From: Octopus vulgaris
Taxonomy: Eukaryota
Direction: 5' to 3'
Assembly: GCA_951406725.2 (NCBI GenBank)
Contig: OX597827.1
Location: forward strand, 43,152,001-43,216,000
Length of the DNA stretch: 64,000 nucleotides
In this document: piece after piece, positions 39,150 to 51,462 of the stretch
Layout: each line of letters starts with the position of its first letter
Numbering within the stretch: position 1 is the stretch's first letter
Notes under the pieces: generated by a model
Seen by the model: only the letters and a program-made list of their open reading frames with translations
Told to the model about the DNA's origin: nothing
Databases searched by the model: none
Translations under genes and position numbers: made by a program

Positions 39150-40150
39150 TATCATTCACGGGAGGTAGTTTGGTATCGATGATCTATTGTTAGAAGTGGT
39201 CTTATTGGTCGATGGTGGTGGCAATGATGGTGGTGGCAATGATGGTGGTGGTGGTGGTGGTGGTGGTGGTGTTGGTGGTTGTGGTGTGGTGGTGGTGGTG
39301 GTGTTGCTGGCAACAGTTGTAATGAGGGGGGGAGTTGTAGCCGTGATGGCAGTGATCCTGGTGACAATAGTCACAATGCAGATGGTGGTTGTGGTGGCGG
39401 TGGTGGTGGTGATGGTGATGGTTCTGCTGGCAGTTTTTGTAATTGTAAGACGATGGTATTGGTCTTGGAGGTAATTAGCAGCAATACAGACAAAAGTAAT
39501 GGTATTTGTAGTGGTGGTGGTGGTGGTGGTGGTTGTGGTGGTGGTTGTTGTGGTGGTGGTGGTGGCGGTAGTCTTGGGCGACAACAGTTATGATGGCTGG
39601 TAGAAATGGTGAAACTGATGGTGGCAGTGGTCTTGGAGACAAATAGTTCCACTATCAATGGTGCTAGTGACAACAAGATGTAATGATGGTGGTGATGGTA
39701 TTGATGGCAATAGTTGTGATGACGATGATGATGGTGGTGGTGGCGGTGGTGGAGGCCTTGGTTGTAATAACTGTAATGCAGGTGCTGCTGGTCATTGGTT
39801 TTTGCTTTTTGTAGTCTCGGTGGTATTGCTGGTGGTCAGCAGTCTTGGTGGATGGTATGAGAGATGGTGTTTATTGTTGGTGGGAAACAGTTATCATCAC
39901 ACACATTGTTGTTGTTGTTCGCTACTGTCATCATCATCATCATCATCATTGTCATCACCTATGCCACTATCGTCATCATGATTTTGTAGTTATCACCATC
40001 ATCATCATCGTTGTCGTGGTCGTCGTCATCGTCATCATCATTACCACCAACACAACTATCATCATTATCATCGTTGCCAACATTATTGTCTTTGTTCCCA
40101 TCTTCATCATAGTCATTATCATCGTTATCGCCATCAACATCATAATCGCT
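39150..40150. repeat. Degenerate (TGG/TGA)n block followed by a complementary (TCA/TCG)n block
   Basis: Directly visible. Confidence 0.8.
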
Positions 40151-40916
40151 GCTGTTGTTAATTAGGCACCCTACTCCAGAATGCGTAAACTAATAAGAAG
40201 TTCCAAGAAATGCTTGAGGTGGTCTTTGAAGTATCTTTGAGTAGGTAGCATTTCTCTAAAACCTTCCTTCCTCTCTCCCTCCCTCCCACCCTCCCTATCT
40301 GTCTACCTATCTACCTGTCTACCTGCTCCCCTCTGCCATATCTCTTTACCTCCTGGCTGACCCACTGTATATTTTCCACCTCCTTACTTGCCAATGACCT
40401 ACTTTGAGGCATTTCCAACCTTCCTACCTCTTCGCTTACCTTACCTAGCTCCAGGCCCCAACGAGGTAGTCTGCCTATCTTACTTGCTCACCTACTGCCA
40501 GGCCAACCCTCCCTCCGCCAGCCCTACCCAACCCACATACCTACCTCTTTACCTATATCTCCCTCCTTACTTGCCTACCCCTCACCTCACTCACCCACTC
40601 TCAAGCCTACCTCCACATCCGACCCTAAACTACTCACCTTCTACATTTGCACCTACCTGCCTACTTACCTACATGCGTACCTTGTCTACCTTCCTACTTG
40701 CCTACCTGTATAACGACCTACCCATCTTTATCAATAACTCATTTTCTCAAACAGGATTGCTTACACAATTTGGTCCCTGATCCTTACCCCCTCTCTCCCT
40801 TTCACACATACATACACACACACATGCACTTAAAGATACACACACACACACACACACATATATACATATAACACCTGCATACACAATTTCTTCTTCTGAT
40901 CCTTTAAAGCTTATTT

Positions 40917-40993
<77 letters not shown>

Positions 40994-41005
40994 TATTATT
41001 ATTAT

Positions 41006-41103
41006 TGAGGTGGTGAGCTGGCAGAATTGTTAGCATGCCTGTCGAAAAGCTTAGCAGTATTTCACCAATCGCTATGTTCTGAGTTCAAATTCCGCTGAGG
41101 TTG
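41006..41103 (+). mobile_element. Family A head, 3'-truncated
   Basis: GAGGTGGTGAGCTGGCAGAATTGTTAGC...GAGTTCAAATTCCGCTGAGG after (TCA)n(TTA)n. Confidence 0.8.
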
Positions 41104-41146
41104 GCGAATAAGGGGCCCAACGTAGGTCATAATCAGCGTGTGTAGT

Positions 41147-41282
41147 ATATAAAAAATTTTTTTTTTCCGTAATGAGATAAAAAAACCAAGGTTGTGTAGA
41201 CTTTAGGACATTTTTAAATGTTCTAAATTCTACACAACCTTGGTTTTTTTATCTCATTACGGGAAAAAAATATTTTATGTAT
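41147..41282. repeat. Near-perfect ~136-bp palindrome
   Basis: 41167-41200 is the exact reverse complement of 41229-41262 (34 bp); centre ACATTT-TT-AAATGT. Confidence 0.95.
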
Positions 41283-41401
41283 TTTTAGATCTATATATAT
41301 ATATATATATATATATTTAAGGATAAGATCGTTAATCTAAATATCGATTTTATTAAGTGGCTAGCATGGGAATAAAAACCTTCAAAGGTAATAATTATTA
41401 T

Positions 41402-41555
41402 TAAGATTATAACTTAGGGTATCTAACAGATACCACCACGCTGGAAACAGTAACTAAAACTTTACTCTAAAACCACATTGGTGATTTTAGAGTCAAGTTT
41501 TGGCTGCTATTTCCAGTGTGGTGGTATCTCTTAGAAATACTAAATTATAATTTTA
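41402..41555. repeat. Imperfect ~154-bp palindrome with a 4-nt loop
   Basis: AGATACCACCACGCTGGAAA / TTTCCAGTGTGGTGGTATCT and ACTCTAAAACCAC-ATTG-GTGATTTTAGAGT. Confidence 0.9.
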
Positions 41556-42502
41556 TGTATGTATATATATATATATATATGAGAGAGGGAGAGATATAAC
41601 TACATGTATACCCATTACATTTACACATGTACATACACACGCAAAAACACATGTATACGTACATACATACTTAAATATGTTTATGCCTACATTTTGCAAC
41701 ATGGCCATGGTGCTTCTGCAAAGCATGTTTACACTAAAGTTTACGAGCGAATCCGTTCTTTGCTGAAACAACGAGGCCATGGTTTTTGTAATAGATATGA
41801 ATGAATCTAATGTTACAATATTCCGGGGACCACACACACACACACACACGAATATTGCTACACAATATTTATACTTCATTGCAACATTTCGTTGTTGCTC
41901 TTTCAGAAAATAAATGAATAAATAATGATAATAGCTGTACATATATTTTATATATTTTATTTTTTATTACAGCGATATTGCGTTATCGCAAGAAGCTATT
42001 ATTAAAAATAAATAAAAATTACAACTTGAAATCATTATTATTACGCTATAACTTTTCATTATGGAAGAATTATTTCTTTTGTTGTTGATTTTTATCACAG
42101 GTTTTCTTTTGTGTTAATAGTTGTCATTATTGTTGTTGTTGTCGTTGTTATCGCTGTTGTTGTTGCTGCCTTGTCTTCCTCTCTTGCTGCATTTTTATTC
42201 TATGTGCAGCTGCGATTCTTTCTTACATACATGAAATGCATGCATATTCATACACACACACACTCTGTATAGGGTTTTATATATTAAACCATACCATGGA
42301 CTGAGATCCCAGGTGACAGGCCCCTGGTCTCTAAAATAAGGTGTTAACTCGCTTGAAATATGTGGTGTTTTGGTATTTGTAGCCAAAATTTATTTTCTGT
42401 TGAGATTTATATTGATGGGTACATAAAGAAAACAGAGAATAACGTGCATAAAACTACTTCATTAATATGTAAAACTATTTATATTATGAAAGCTGGACTG
42501 GC

Positions 42503-42779
42503 TCCTGTGCAGGTGGCACCTAAAAAGCACCATTTGAGCGTGGCCGTTGCCAGTACCTCCTGACTGGCCCTCGTGCCTGACTTGCCCTTGTGCCTGATTG
42601 GCCCTTGTAAAAGCACCCACTACACTCTTGGAGAGGTTGGCGTTAGGAAGGGCATCCAGCTGTAGAATCTCTGCCAGATCAGATTGGAGCCTGGTGCAGT
42701 CATTTGGTTCACCAGACCTCAGTCAAATCATCCAACCCATGCTAGCATGGAAAGCAGACATTGAATGATGATGATGATG
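42503..42779 (+). mobile_element. Repeat family D
   Basis: GGCGTTAGGAAGGGCATCCAGCTGTAGAA...TCCAACCCATGCTAGCATGGAAAGCAGACATTGAA(TGA)n. Confidence 0.8.
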
Positions 42780-43331
42780 AAAGCTTATAAACAGTACAAT
42801 ACATCTATCACAATCACAAAACCTAAAACAACATAATACAGGTAAATAAATAAAAAAAAATAAACAAATGTTTCTGTTAAATAATAAGAAAATGTGTACT
42901 GAAAGACGATCTCTGATTGGCTATTACACTTCAAAACTAACCATTCACAACATTTGTTTCATTGGGCTGATGAATCGGCCTCAAAGTCCTTTCAGCTGGT
43001 ATCATTTGGGTTGATCAATCAGCCTAGGTGTCCCAAGAGGGTTGAACACGGGTTTGCGAATTAGTTGCTCCAGTTCTCTGTAGCTACTGGTAGTATTGAG
43101 TGTATAAACAGGCTGGCTGCTCATTTCTCTGGGATTAGTCAAACTGATGTAGATAACTGATGAGAACTCAATAAGGTTGGAAAATCAATTAAGGGTGTTC
43201 CTCAATTTTTTCACTGTAAGGAGAAATAGTTAAATTTAGCCTGTTTATATATATCTACTATATAGATTTTATTTATATATATATATATATATACTTTAGG
43301 TGCAGGCATATATATATATATATGTCTGCAC

Positions 43332-43398
<67 letters not shown>

Positions 43399-43401
<3 letters not shown>

Positions 43402-43650
43402 GTGCAGGTGTGGCTGTGTGGTAAGAAGCTTGCTTCCCAACCACATGGTTCCAAGTTCAGTCCCACTGCATGGCACCTTGGGCGAGTGTCGTCTACTATA
43501 GCCTTGGGCTGACTAAAGCCTTGTGAGTGGATTTGGCAGGCGGAAACTGAAAGAAGCCCATCATGTATACATATATATGTATATGTGTGTGTTTGTGTTT
43601 TTGTCTGACCCGCCCCACCATCACTTGGCAACCGATGCTGGTGTGTTTGC
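43399..43650 (+). mobile_element. SINE family B, 3'-truncated
   Basis: TAGGTGCAGGTGTGGCTGTGTGGTAAG...GTTCAGTCCC...GGCACCTTGGGCGAGTG after (TA)n. Confidence 0.85.
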
Positions 43651-43819
43651 TGAATGATTAGCAACAAGAAAGCTCAGAGGGTGATCCCTTCTGAAAGTTT
43701 AGCAACCGATGAAGCATATTACTCCAGACTTGCTACTGAGTATGTTCTAATATCTGTGTGTGAGTGCATGCGCATGCATACATGTGTGTGTGTATGAATA
43801 TATATATATATGTTTATAT

Positions 43820-43950
43820 AGTAAATAAAAAACAAACACCAAAGAACAACAACACAAGGACGTGGTACATGCAATGTATTAGCAGACACTCAGGAAAGGA
43901 AAGAAAGATGGTTTAACATTTCGAGCAGACGCTCTTCTAAATTGACAAAT
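43820..43950 (-). mobile_element. Short repeat with a hammerhead-like stem (putative Penelope-like terminal relic)
   Basis: Reverse complement GAAGAGCGTCTGCTCGAAATGTTAAACC...TTCCTGAG...CCACGTCCT is homologous to 46412-46620. Confidence 0.55.
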
Positions 43951-44243
43951 GGAGTTTATATATGTGTGTGTATGCATGTATGTATATATGTGTATGCACT
44001 TGTGTGTGTATATGTATATGCACTTATGTGTGTATCTGTGTGTGTGTGTGTGCATGAGTGTGCATACATGTGTGTATATATATTTGTTTATATATATATA
44101 TGGATAGATTAAGAAATGAAGTTTGTGTCTTTGTGCGTGTATGTGTGTATATATGTATATATATGTGTATATGTGTATATATGTGTATATGTGTATATAT
44201 GCATATATATGTCTATATATGTATATATATATATGTGTGTGTC

Positions 44244-44278
<35 letters not shown>

Positions 44279-44805
44279 CTATACATCCTATGCCCACAAA
44301 CTTTTCTGTATCTTCCTAATTGCTTCCATATTGTCCATCAGATCAGAAAAAAGAAATTGCCAGAGTTTTTGTACAAAGACTTAATGATGCCGGGTTTTAC
44401 CGTTGTTTCCGTTTTTTTTTTTTTTATGTTTATATTATTACTGTGAAGCTAACATATTCCATTCCTGTTCTAGACTTTGTGTGTGTGTATTTGTATTTCT
44501 GAGTATGCCTGTGTGCGTTTGTGGCACCGGTGTGTACGTGGGCGTACGGGAGAGAAAGTCTGCTGGAACACCGAGATGACCTCCATGGTGCCACATTCCG
44601 TTATTAGTGCCCGTACATATGTTATATACACGTGTGTGTATGTACACACACACATGCCACACCACATATGCATACATGTATGGTAGCATATATGTATGTG
44701 TATATATATATATATATATATAAATATGTATATGCACACACATGTTAATATATGTTTGTGTGTATGTATGTATATATATATGTACATATATTTATATATA
44801 CGTAT

Positions 44806-44842
<37 letters not shown>

Positions 44843-45082
44843 CATACATGGACATAGATCACAGTATATATGCATACTAACATGTTAACATGTTCACTTT
44901 TCCAAACGTTTACTTACATTAATATATACTCAATCTCACAACAGTCATACTATATATGCATGTATATACATAGGTATACATGTGTGTATATATGTATGTT
45001 TGTAAATTTGAAATAATAAGGGTGAAAAATTGAATATGAATTTGATTGATATCAATTTAAAACCAATGCTCTAGCTTATGTA

Positions 45083-45234
45083 GTGAAGGCACATGGCTCA
45101 GCGGTTAGAGCGTTGAACTTACAACTGTGAGGTTGTGAGTTTGAATCCTGGACCAGGCTGCATGTTGGGTTCTTGAGCAAGACACTTTACTTCACGTTGC
45201 TCCAGTTCACTCAGCTGTAGAAATGAGTTGCGAC
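45083..45234 (+). mobile_element. SINE family C, 5' half
   Basis: TGGCTCAGCGGTTAGAGCG, B-box GTTTGAATCC, TCTTGAGCAAGACACTTTACTTCACGTTGCTCCAG. Confidence 0.8.
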
Positions 45235-45296
45235 GTGGTAAGACCATAGGGGGTCGACTTCTAGCATAATGGATGTCCACTTGGTGGTGGTCATCC

Positions 45297-45343
<47 letters not shown>

Positions 45344-45839
45344 TATATACACACACACATCTAGAATTATTTCTTTGAATGTGTTCTTATTGTTTAAGGA
45401 TAGCACAGTCTGATTTGAGGGAAATGATTTGCCTTCTATTTCTAGCAAGTCAACATTCATGCATGCAAAGAGAGAGAGAGGGGCTTTCACCTTCAGGTCC
45501 TTTACCCCAGTCTCATCAGTATACTCACTTGGGTACCAGATTGTCTGGGAATGTGTGCCTGATTGAGATGTACCTGCAGCCATCATTGGGGTGGTGGTGA
45601 CAGTGGCAGTGGTAATGATGAATACAGGGGTGGTGTGGGGATTTGGTGGGGGGAGAGTGTGTTTGTAATTTATCCATCTGCTTAATACCATGGAACTCCA
45701 GAGACAAGCACCGGCTTTCTCTTAGAAGCTCCCTTCATGAGTAATGAGGCATACAAGGGTTTTTTTTTTTCATCTATGTGTGTTTATACATATCTATTTG
45801 TCTATCTCACCAGCTATCTGTCGATCTGTATATATATAC

Positions 45840-45895
<56 letters not shown>

Positions 45896-46350
45896 ATGAA
45901 TGAAAGTCTGTCATATATATATATATTATACACACATATACAGAGATAGAGAGTGTGGGATGTTAATATTTGTACATGTGCATAAGGTTTGTGTGCATAT
46001 TTCATTATAAGAAAATCACACACATGTATATATTAACATCTGTATATGCATGTGAAAGTGCGAATATAGTGTACATCACTATAAGAAGTGTTTTGGGGTG
46101 TGTGTGTGCATGTATGAGTTGATATGCGTATTTTGATGTGTGTTATAGATGTGAAGTGCCTCTTGCTGTCATATGCTATGCTATATCTTATGTGAACTTT
46201 TGTGACATTGAACAGCAACATTAGCCACGTCTTGAAATCACTGGAGGAGATATTGAATCCTGCAAGATTGGTTTAGTTGTTTTGTCAGATCATTTGGCTC
46301 TGAAAATATGCTTATATATCTGCAAATTCATAGGTTTCTTTAAGTATATG

Positions 46351-46411
<61 letters not shown>

Positions 46412-46415
<4 letters not shown>

Positions 46416-46614
46416 ACCGCGTGTGTACCGTTGGCGATTTTTTTCCTCTGTCTTCCCTTCTCTGGATTTTTCCTTCTCCTATATTTCCGATGAAGAGCTC
46501 CGCTCGAAACATTAAACCCTCCTTCTTCCCATCCTTCCTGAGCGTCCAATAATACTATATTTTTTCCACGTCCTCGCGTTGTTGTGTTTTCTTTTTGTGT
46601 TTTCATGTTTGGAT

Positions 46615-46620
<6 letters not shown>
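46412..46620 (+). mobile_element. Short repeat within (TA)n carrying a hammerhead-ribozyme-like motif (putative Penelope-like terminal relic)
   Basis: CCGATGA-A-GAGC-TCC-GCTC-GAAAC at 46487-46510; second copy at 43820-43950. Confidence 0.6.
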
Positions 46621-46652
<32 letters not shown>

Positions 46653-46654
46653 CA

Positions 46655-46870
46655 TACATACATTAAATGAAGGATCAAAGTTCTTTCTTGGACTAGAGTC
46701 TTATAAGGCTGGTTTCTTCAAATATATATGTACATACGTTAAATGAAAGAGCAAAGTTCTTCCCTAGGCCAGAGTCTCATGAAGCTGGTTTCTTCAAATA
46801 TATATGTACATACATTAAATGAAGGAACAAAGTTCTTTCCTAAGCCTGACGCTCATAAGGCTGTTTTTCT
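46655..46870. repeat. 76-bp tandem repeat, about 2.8 units
   Basis: TACATAC(A/G)TTAAATGAA...CAAAGTTCTT...GCTG(G/T)TTT units at 46655, 46731 and 46807. Confidence 0.9.
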
Positions 46871-47075
46871 GGATTTTGTGGCATGTGTATTCCCCTCCAG
46901 GATAGAATGCGAGTCCATCCCAAGATCACTCGCTTTTTGCCAGCTGAGTGGACTGGATGAACACAAAATGAAGTGCTTTGCTCAAGAACACAACGCCTTA
47001 CCCAGTCCAAGAACCGAAAGTACAATCTTACAATAATGATTTCAAAAACTCTACCCACTAATCTATGCGCCTCCA
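46843..47075 (-). mobile_element. SINE family C variant
   Basis: TTTTGCCAGCTGAGTGGACTGGA...TTGCTCAAGAACACAACGC; tail similar to 25690-25740. Confidence 0.7.
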
Positions 47076-49286
47076 GTACATATGCACGTACAAACGTGTA
47101 TATATATATATATGTATGTATATATATATATATATATATATACATACACACACACATGTATATTATAGAAGTGGAGTGTCCATTATTCAAGTTCCACACC
47201 TGTGTTGAAGTCTGTTTTCTCTGCTCGTTATCTGTAAATTGATTTGCTATTGTTAAGCTGCATCTTAGTGCATAAAGGTTTTTTTTGTCCTTTATGAAGT
47301 GAATATATACCCTTAGCTATAACTGAAACTTGTTGTATGCATGTATGTATACACACACACACACACTCACACACACACACACTCACACACACATGGTTAT
47401 ATAATTCTTATGTCTTCACGTATATATGCACTAATAAGTGTATATGCATGTATGTGCATGCAAATGTTTACGTACAGATGTGTGTGTGTATATAATATAT
47501 ACATATATGTGTATATGTCCATATATATATATGTATATGTATATCGCATACACGCGTTGATGTACTTACAGGTATAAGTAACATTTACGCTAGAAGGCCT
47601 CATTTGAGATTTAGCGTTGAATGATTTGAGATTTGCATTTAGCAGATTAACATTAATGAAACTTAGCAACAAGTTGTTAATTAAGAATTACCGAATTACT
47701 GAAGACAAATTATCAAAAGAGAAAGGCAAAAAAAAAAAAAAAGAAACAAGAATAAGACACAATGATAAAAGAGTAAAAAAATATATATATATATATATTC
47801 CTCCCCAGCAACGAATGCAACAACCCCTCCATGCCCACCCTGAAGAACAACATTGTATAAATAAATAAAAACAGATTAGCAGCTAGCATTGCATTAATCT
47901 TTAAAGTATCTCTACGACCTTCTTCTAAGCGGTAGAAGATAAGTTCAATCCTGATATAAGGTGGCGTTCTTATCTAAATTGACAGACTTATTATTATACA
48001 AAGACAACCGCTGCTACAACAACAACAACAACAACGACAACAGCAGCAGCTACTAAGAAACCTGACTCTTCTCTTTTCCAGCTAGCATTTACGTTAATTA
48101 TGTATTGATTTTAAATGGGTTGGTGGGTTGGCAGCAGGGCGGAGGACGAAATGCTTCACAGTCGTTTAGTTACGACTTTTTAAAGTCCGAGTTCAGATTT
48201 TGCTGATGGGTGTCGGCTTTATTATTTTTATTCACTTACTGATTTTTTTTTTTTTTTTTGGTACTTTTTAATCATTCAGCCAAGGTGTGGAGTTAGTCAG
48301 GTGAGGGTGTTGATTAAATAATTTGACAACCAGTGATGTACTCGGGTCAACTTCATCAACCATACCTCATCCTGCCCCTCTTCATTTTCTCACAAAAGCC
48401 TGCATGACCATGTACCAGGGTTATATATTAGCTTGTTGCTGTGGAGGACCTTAACAAAATGCTGCAAATATATGACAGGTGTGTGGGTATGGTTAGGGCA
48501 GAATAAAGCATGGCTTTCAACCTCCCTTGTCTAATACATTACCACTACTCTGGGGTATTTATGTGTGTGAGTGTGTAGACTGATAGCCGAGTCTGTAAGC
48601 TGAGCTTACTCTGACAACTACACAATTCTCTAAATCCACATCTCATGGACACTTATATATACATACATATATACACACATGCACACACACACACACACAG
48701 TTGTTGGCGTGGCAACTATATATATGGCGTCTTATCAAGGGAATCAATATATTCACTGCAGAATCTAGGAAACCAGCCTTCTGAGTTTATGGCCCAGGAA
48801 GGACTTTTGAGATGTGTGTGTGTGTGTGTGTGGGGTGTATGTGTATTAATGTCTCTTATGCTGTTACTGGGGCGGGAGGTGAATGTTGATTCAGTTTTAA
48901 GTATGGCCTATTAACTACTAACTCGTCATGTTAATTAAGTATCATCGCATATGGTTCCAGTGCTCAGTATGCCAAGATCTAATCTGAGTTACTTCTAATT
49001 ACGTCCTCTCCTTTAACGATGGGTATTTGGGCTGTGTCTCCACCCCGCATATTTCACCCAGCTGCAGTCTGGCTGATTCCTCGTCTTCTCTCCCATCCAT
49101 ACCAGTTCTGTCATCTCTCCAGCCGAGACCGCATGACTGATGATTTCCATGTTCTGCCATTTCTTTTTTTTTTTTGTTTCGTCTCCTCACTTGTACATGC
49201 ATACATTCGTCTATACACACACAAACACATGTATACATACATACATGTATACACAGATACATGTGTGTCTGTATATATATATATAC

Positions 49287-49355
<69 letters not shown>

Positions 49356-49483
49356 CATTTATGCATGATGTGTGCATGTGTGTGTGTATATGTACGTGTG
49401 TATATATATGTGTGTGTGTATGTTTGTATGTATATATGTGCGTTTATATATGTATGTCTCTGTGTGTGATTGTGTGTATATAT

Positions 49484-50000
49484 AGCGTAGGAGTGACTGT
49501 GTGGTAAATAGCTTGCTTATGAATCACATGGTTCCAGGTTCAGTCCCACTGTGTGGCACCTTGGGCAAGTGTCTTCTACTATAGTCTCAGGCTGACCAAA
49601 GCCTTGTGAGTGGATTTGGTAGACGGAAACTGAAAGAAGCCCATCGTACATATGTGTATATATATATTTAAATAATGAGGGAGATAAATTGAATATTAAT
49701 TTAATTAATATCAATTTAAAAACCAGTAGCCTAGCATTTTTCTGATTTTTCAGATTTGTATATATATATGTGTGTGTGTATATGTTTGTGTGTCTGTGTC
49801 TCCCCCCCCCCCCCCAAACATCGCTTGACAACCGATGCTGGTGTGTTTACATACCCATAACTTAGCAGTTCGGCAAAAGAGACCGATAGAATAAGTACTA
49901 GGCTTCCAAAGAATAAGTCCTGAGGTCAATTTGCTCGACTAAAGGTGGTGCTCCAGCATGGCCACAGTCAAATGACTGAAACAAGTAAAAGAGTAAAAAG
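49484..50000 (+). mobile_element. SINE family B, full length, with an ~85-bp AT-rich insert in its internal TA tract
   Basis: Head, core and tail match 2042-2478; insert at ~49670-49757. Confidence 0.9.
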
Positions 50001-50435
50001 TGTATGTGTGTTTGTGTCTGTGTGTCTCTGTATGTGTATGTATAAATATATATATATATACACAGGTGTGTATGTTTGTGTGTGTATGTGTATATGTGTA
50101 TATATACAGACATATATAATATAATAAATGGATATACAAATCAATACAGAGCAAACGTGAGAGCTGTGTCCAAGAAGTTCAGTGGTGTTCTTTATTTATG
50201 AGTGTAGTGTGTGTGTGTTTGTGTGGGTGTGTGTGAATATGTGAGAGCAATATTTGCAAACTTGTCTCTCTTCCACACACACACACACACTCACACACAC
50301 ACACACATACAATTATATGCAGCACATGTGATTATATACACACACTATATTGCCAACATGATTAATATATGGACTAGGAAAAAGAAATACCCTGTATAAT
50401 ATATGGCTAGATGTGTTATAATATATGCACGCATG

Positions 50436-50468
<33 letters not shown>

Positions 50469-50674
50469 GCACACAGATGCACACGCATATATATATTTAA
50501 ATGCAATCATTATTGCCATCCATCGTCACCCCCACCACTGCCACCTGTGCTTCTACCATCACCACTATCATCATCATCACCACCATCACTATCATCACCG
50601 CTCTCGTCGCCACCACCTCTGCTACTACCATCACCACTGTCGGCTCCACTATCTCATCACCTCCACCTCCATCT

Positions 50675-50713
<39 letters not shown>

Positions 50714-50944
50714 TCATCACCACCACCATTATCATCCTCATCATCTTATATTCGTTGACATTGTTGTTGTCGGTAAGCGTATGGTTTGTTTAATGTCCAT
50801 ATATTACTTCAGTTGGACACATCTCTGGAACATCCTTGCAATCTGTCCGCAGACATGTCTCCCACATGTGCACACTTGTACACATGCACAGGCACACCTG
50901 TATATAATATATATATATATACACACATATACATTTGCGTTATG

Positions 50945-50975
<31 letters not shown>

Positions 50976-51101
50976 CACGTACACACAACGCAGACAGAAA
51001 TTAAGTAAAATGTTCTGTTCATTGATCGTCTGTCACGGTGGAAACATTAAAAATAAGACAAGAAGAAAATCAATTGTGGCCTCTTTCTTTCTCTCTCTTT
51101 C

Positions 51102-51142
<41 letters not shown>

Positions 51143-51254
51143 TTCTGTTATTCTTTCTCTCTCATGCTCTCTTCAACTTACTCAGTCACACACACACTAG
51201 CTCGCTCACTCGACTGCTAATTCACTCAGTTACTCAGGCTCAATCATGATCGCT

Positions 51255-51462
51255 CAATCGAAAACACATGCTCAGGCACCCACATTATCCTGCACCACCT
51301 ATTCAGCCAGTCACATACCTACTCAGTAACATGCCCACCCTCTAACTCAGTCACTGATTACCCAATCAAAAACATGTGCTCAGGCACCCACATGGTCCCA
51401 CACAACCTATTCAGCCAGTCACACACTTACTCAGTTATATGCCTGCCCTCTAACTCAGTCAC
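51255..51462. repeat. 108-bp tandem duplication within an ACTCAGTCAC-rich low-complexity region (~51180-52050)
   Basis: CAATC(G/A)AAAACA...GCTCAGGCACCCACAT...ACCTATTCAGCCAGTCACA...CCCTCTAACTCAGTCAC at 51255 and 51363. Confidence 0.85.

Noticed and set aside
47582-47623. Short hairpin CATTTACGCTA...TAGCGTTGAATG
   Set aside because: About 42 nt, too short for a pre-miRNA, and it does not extend.
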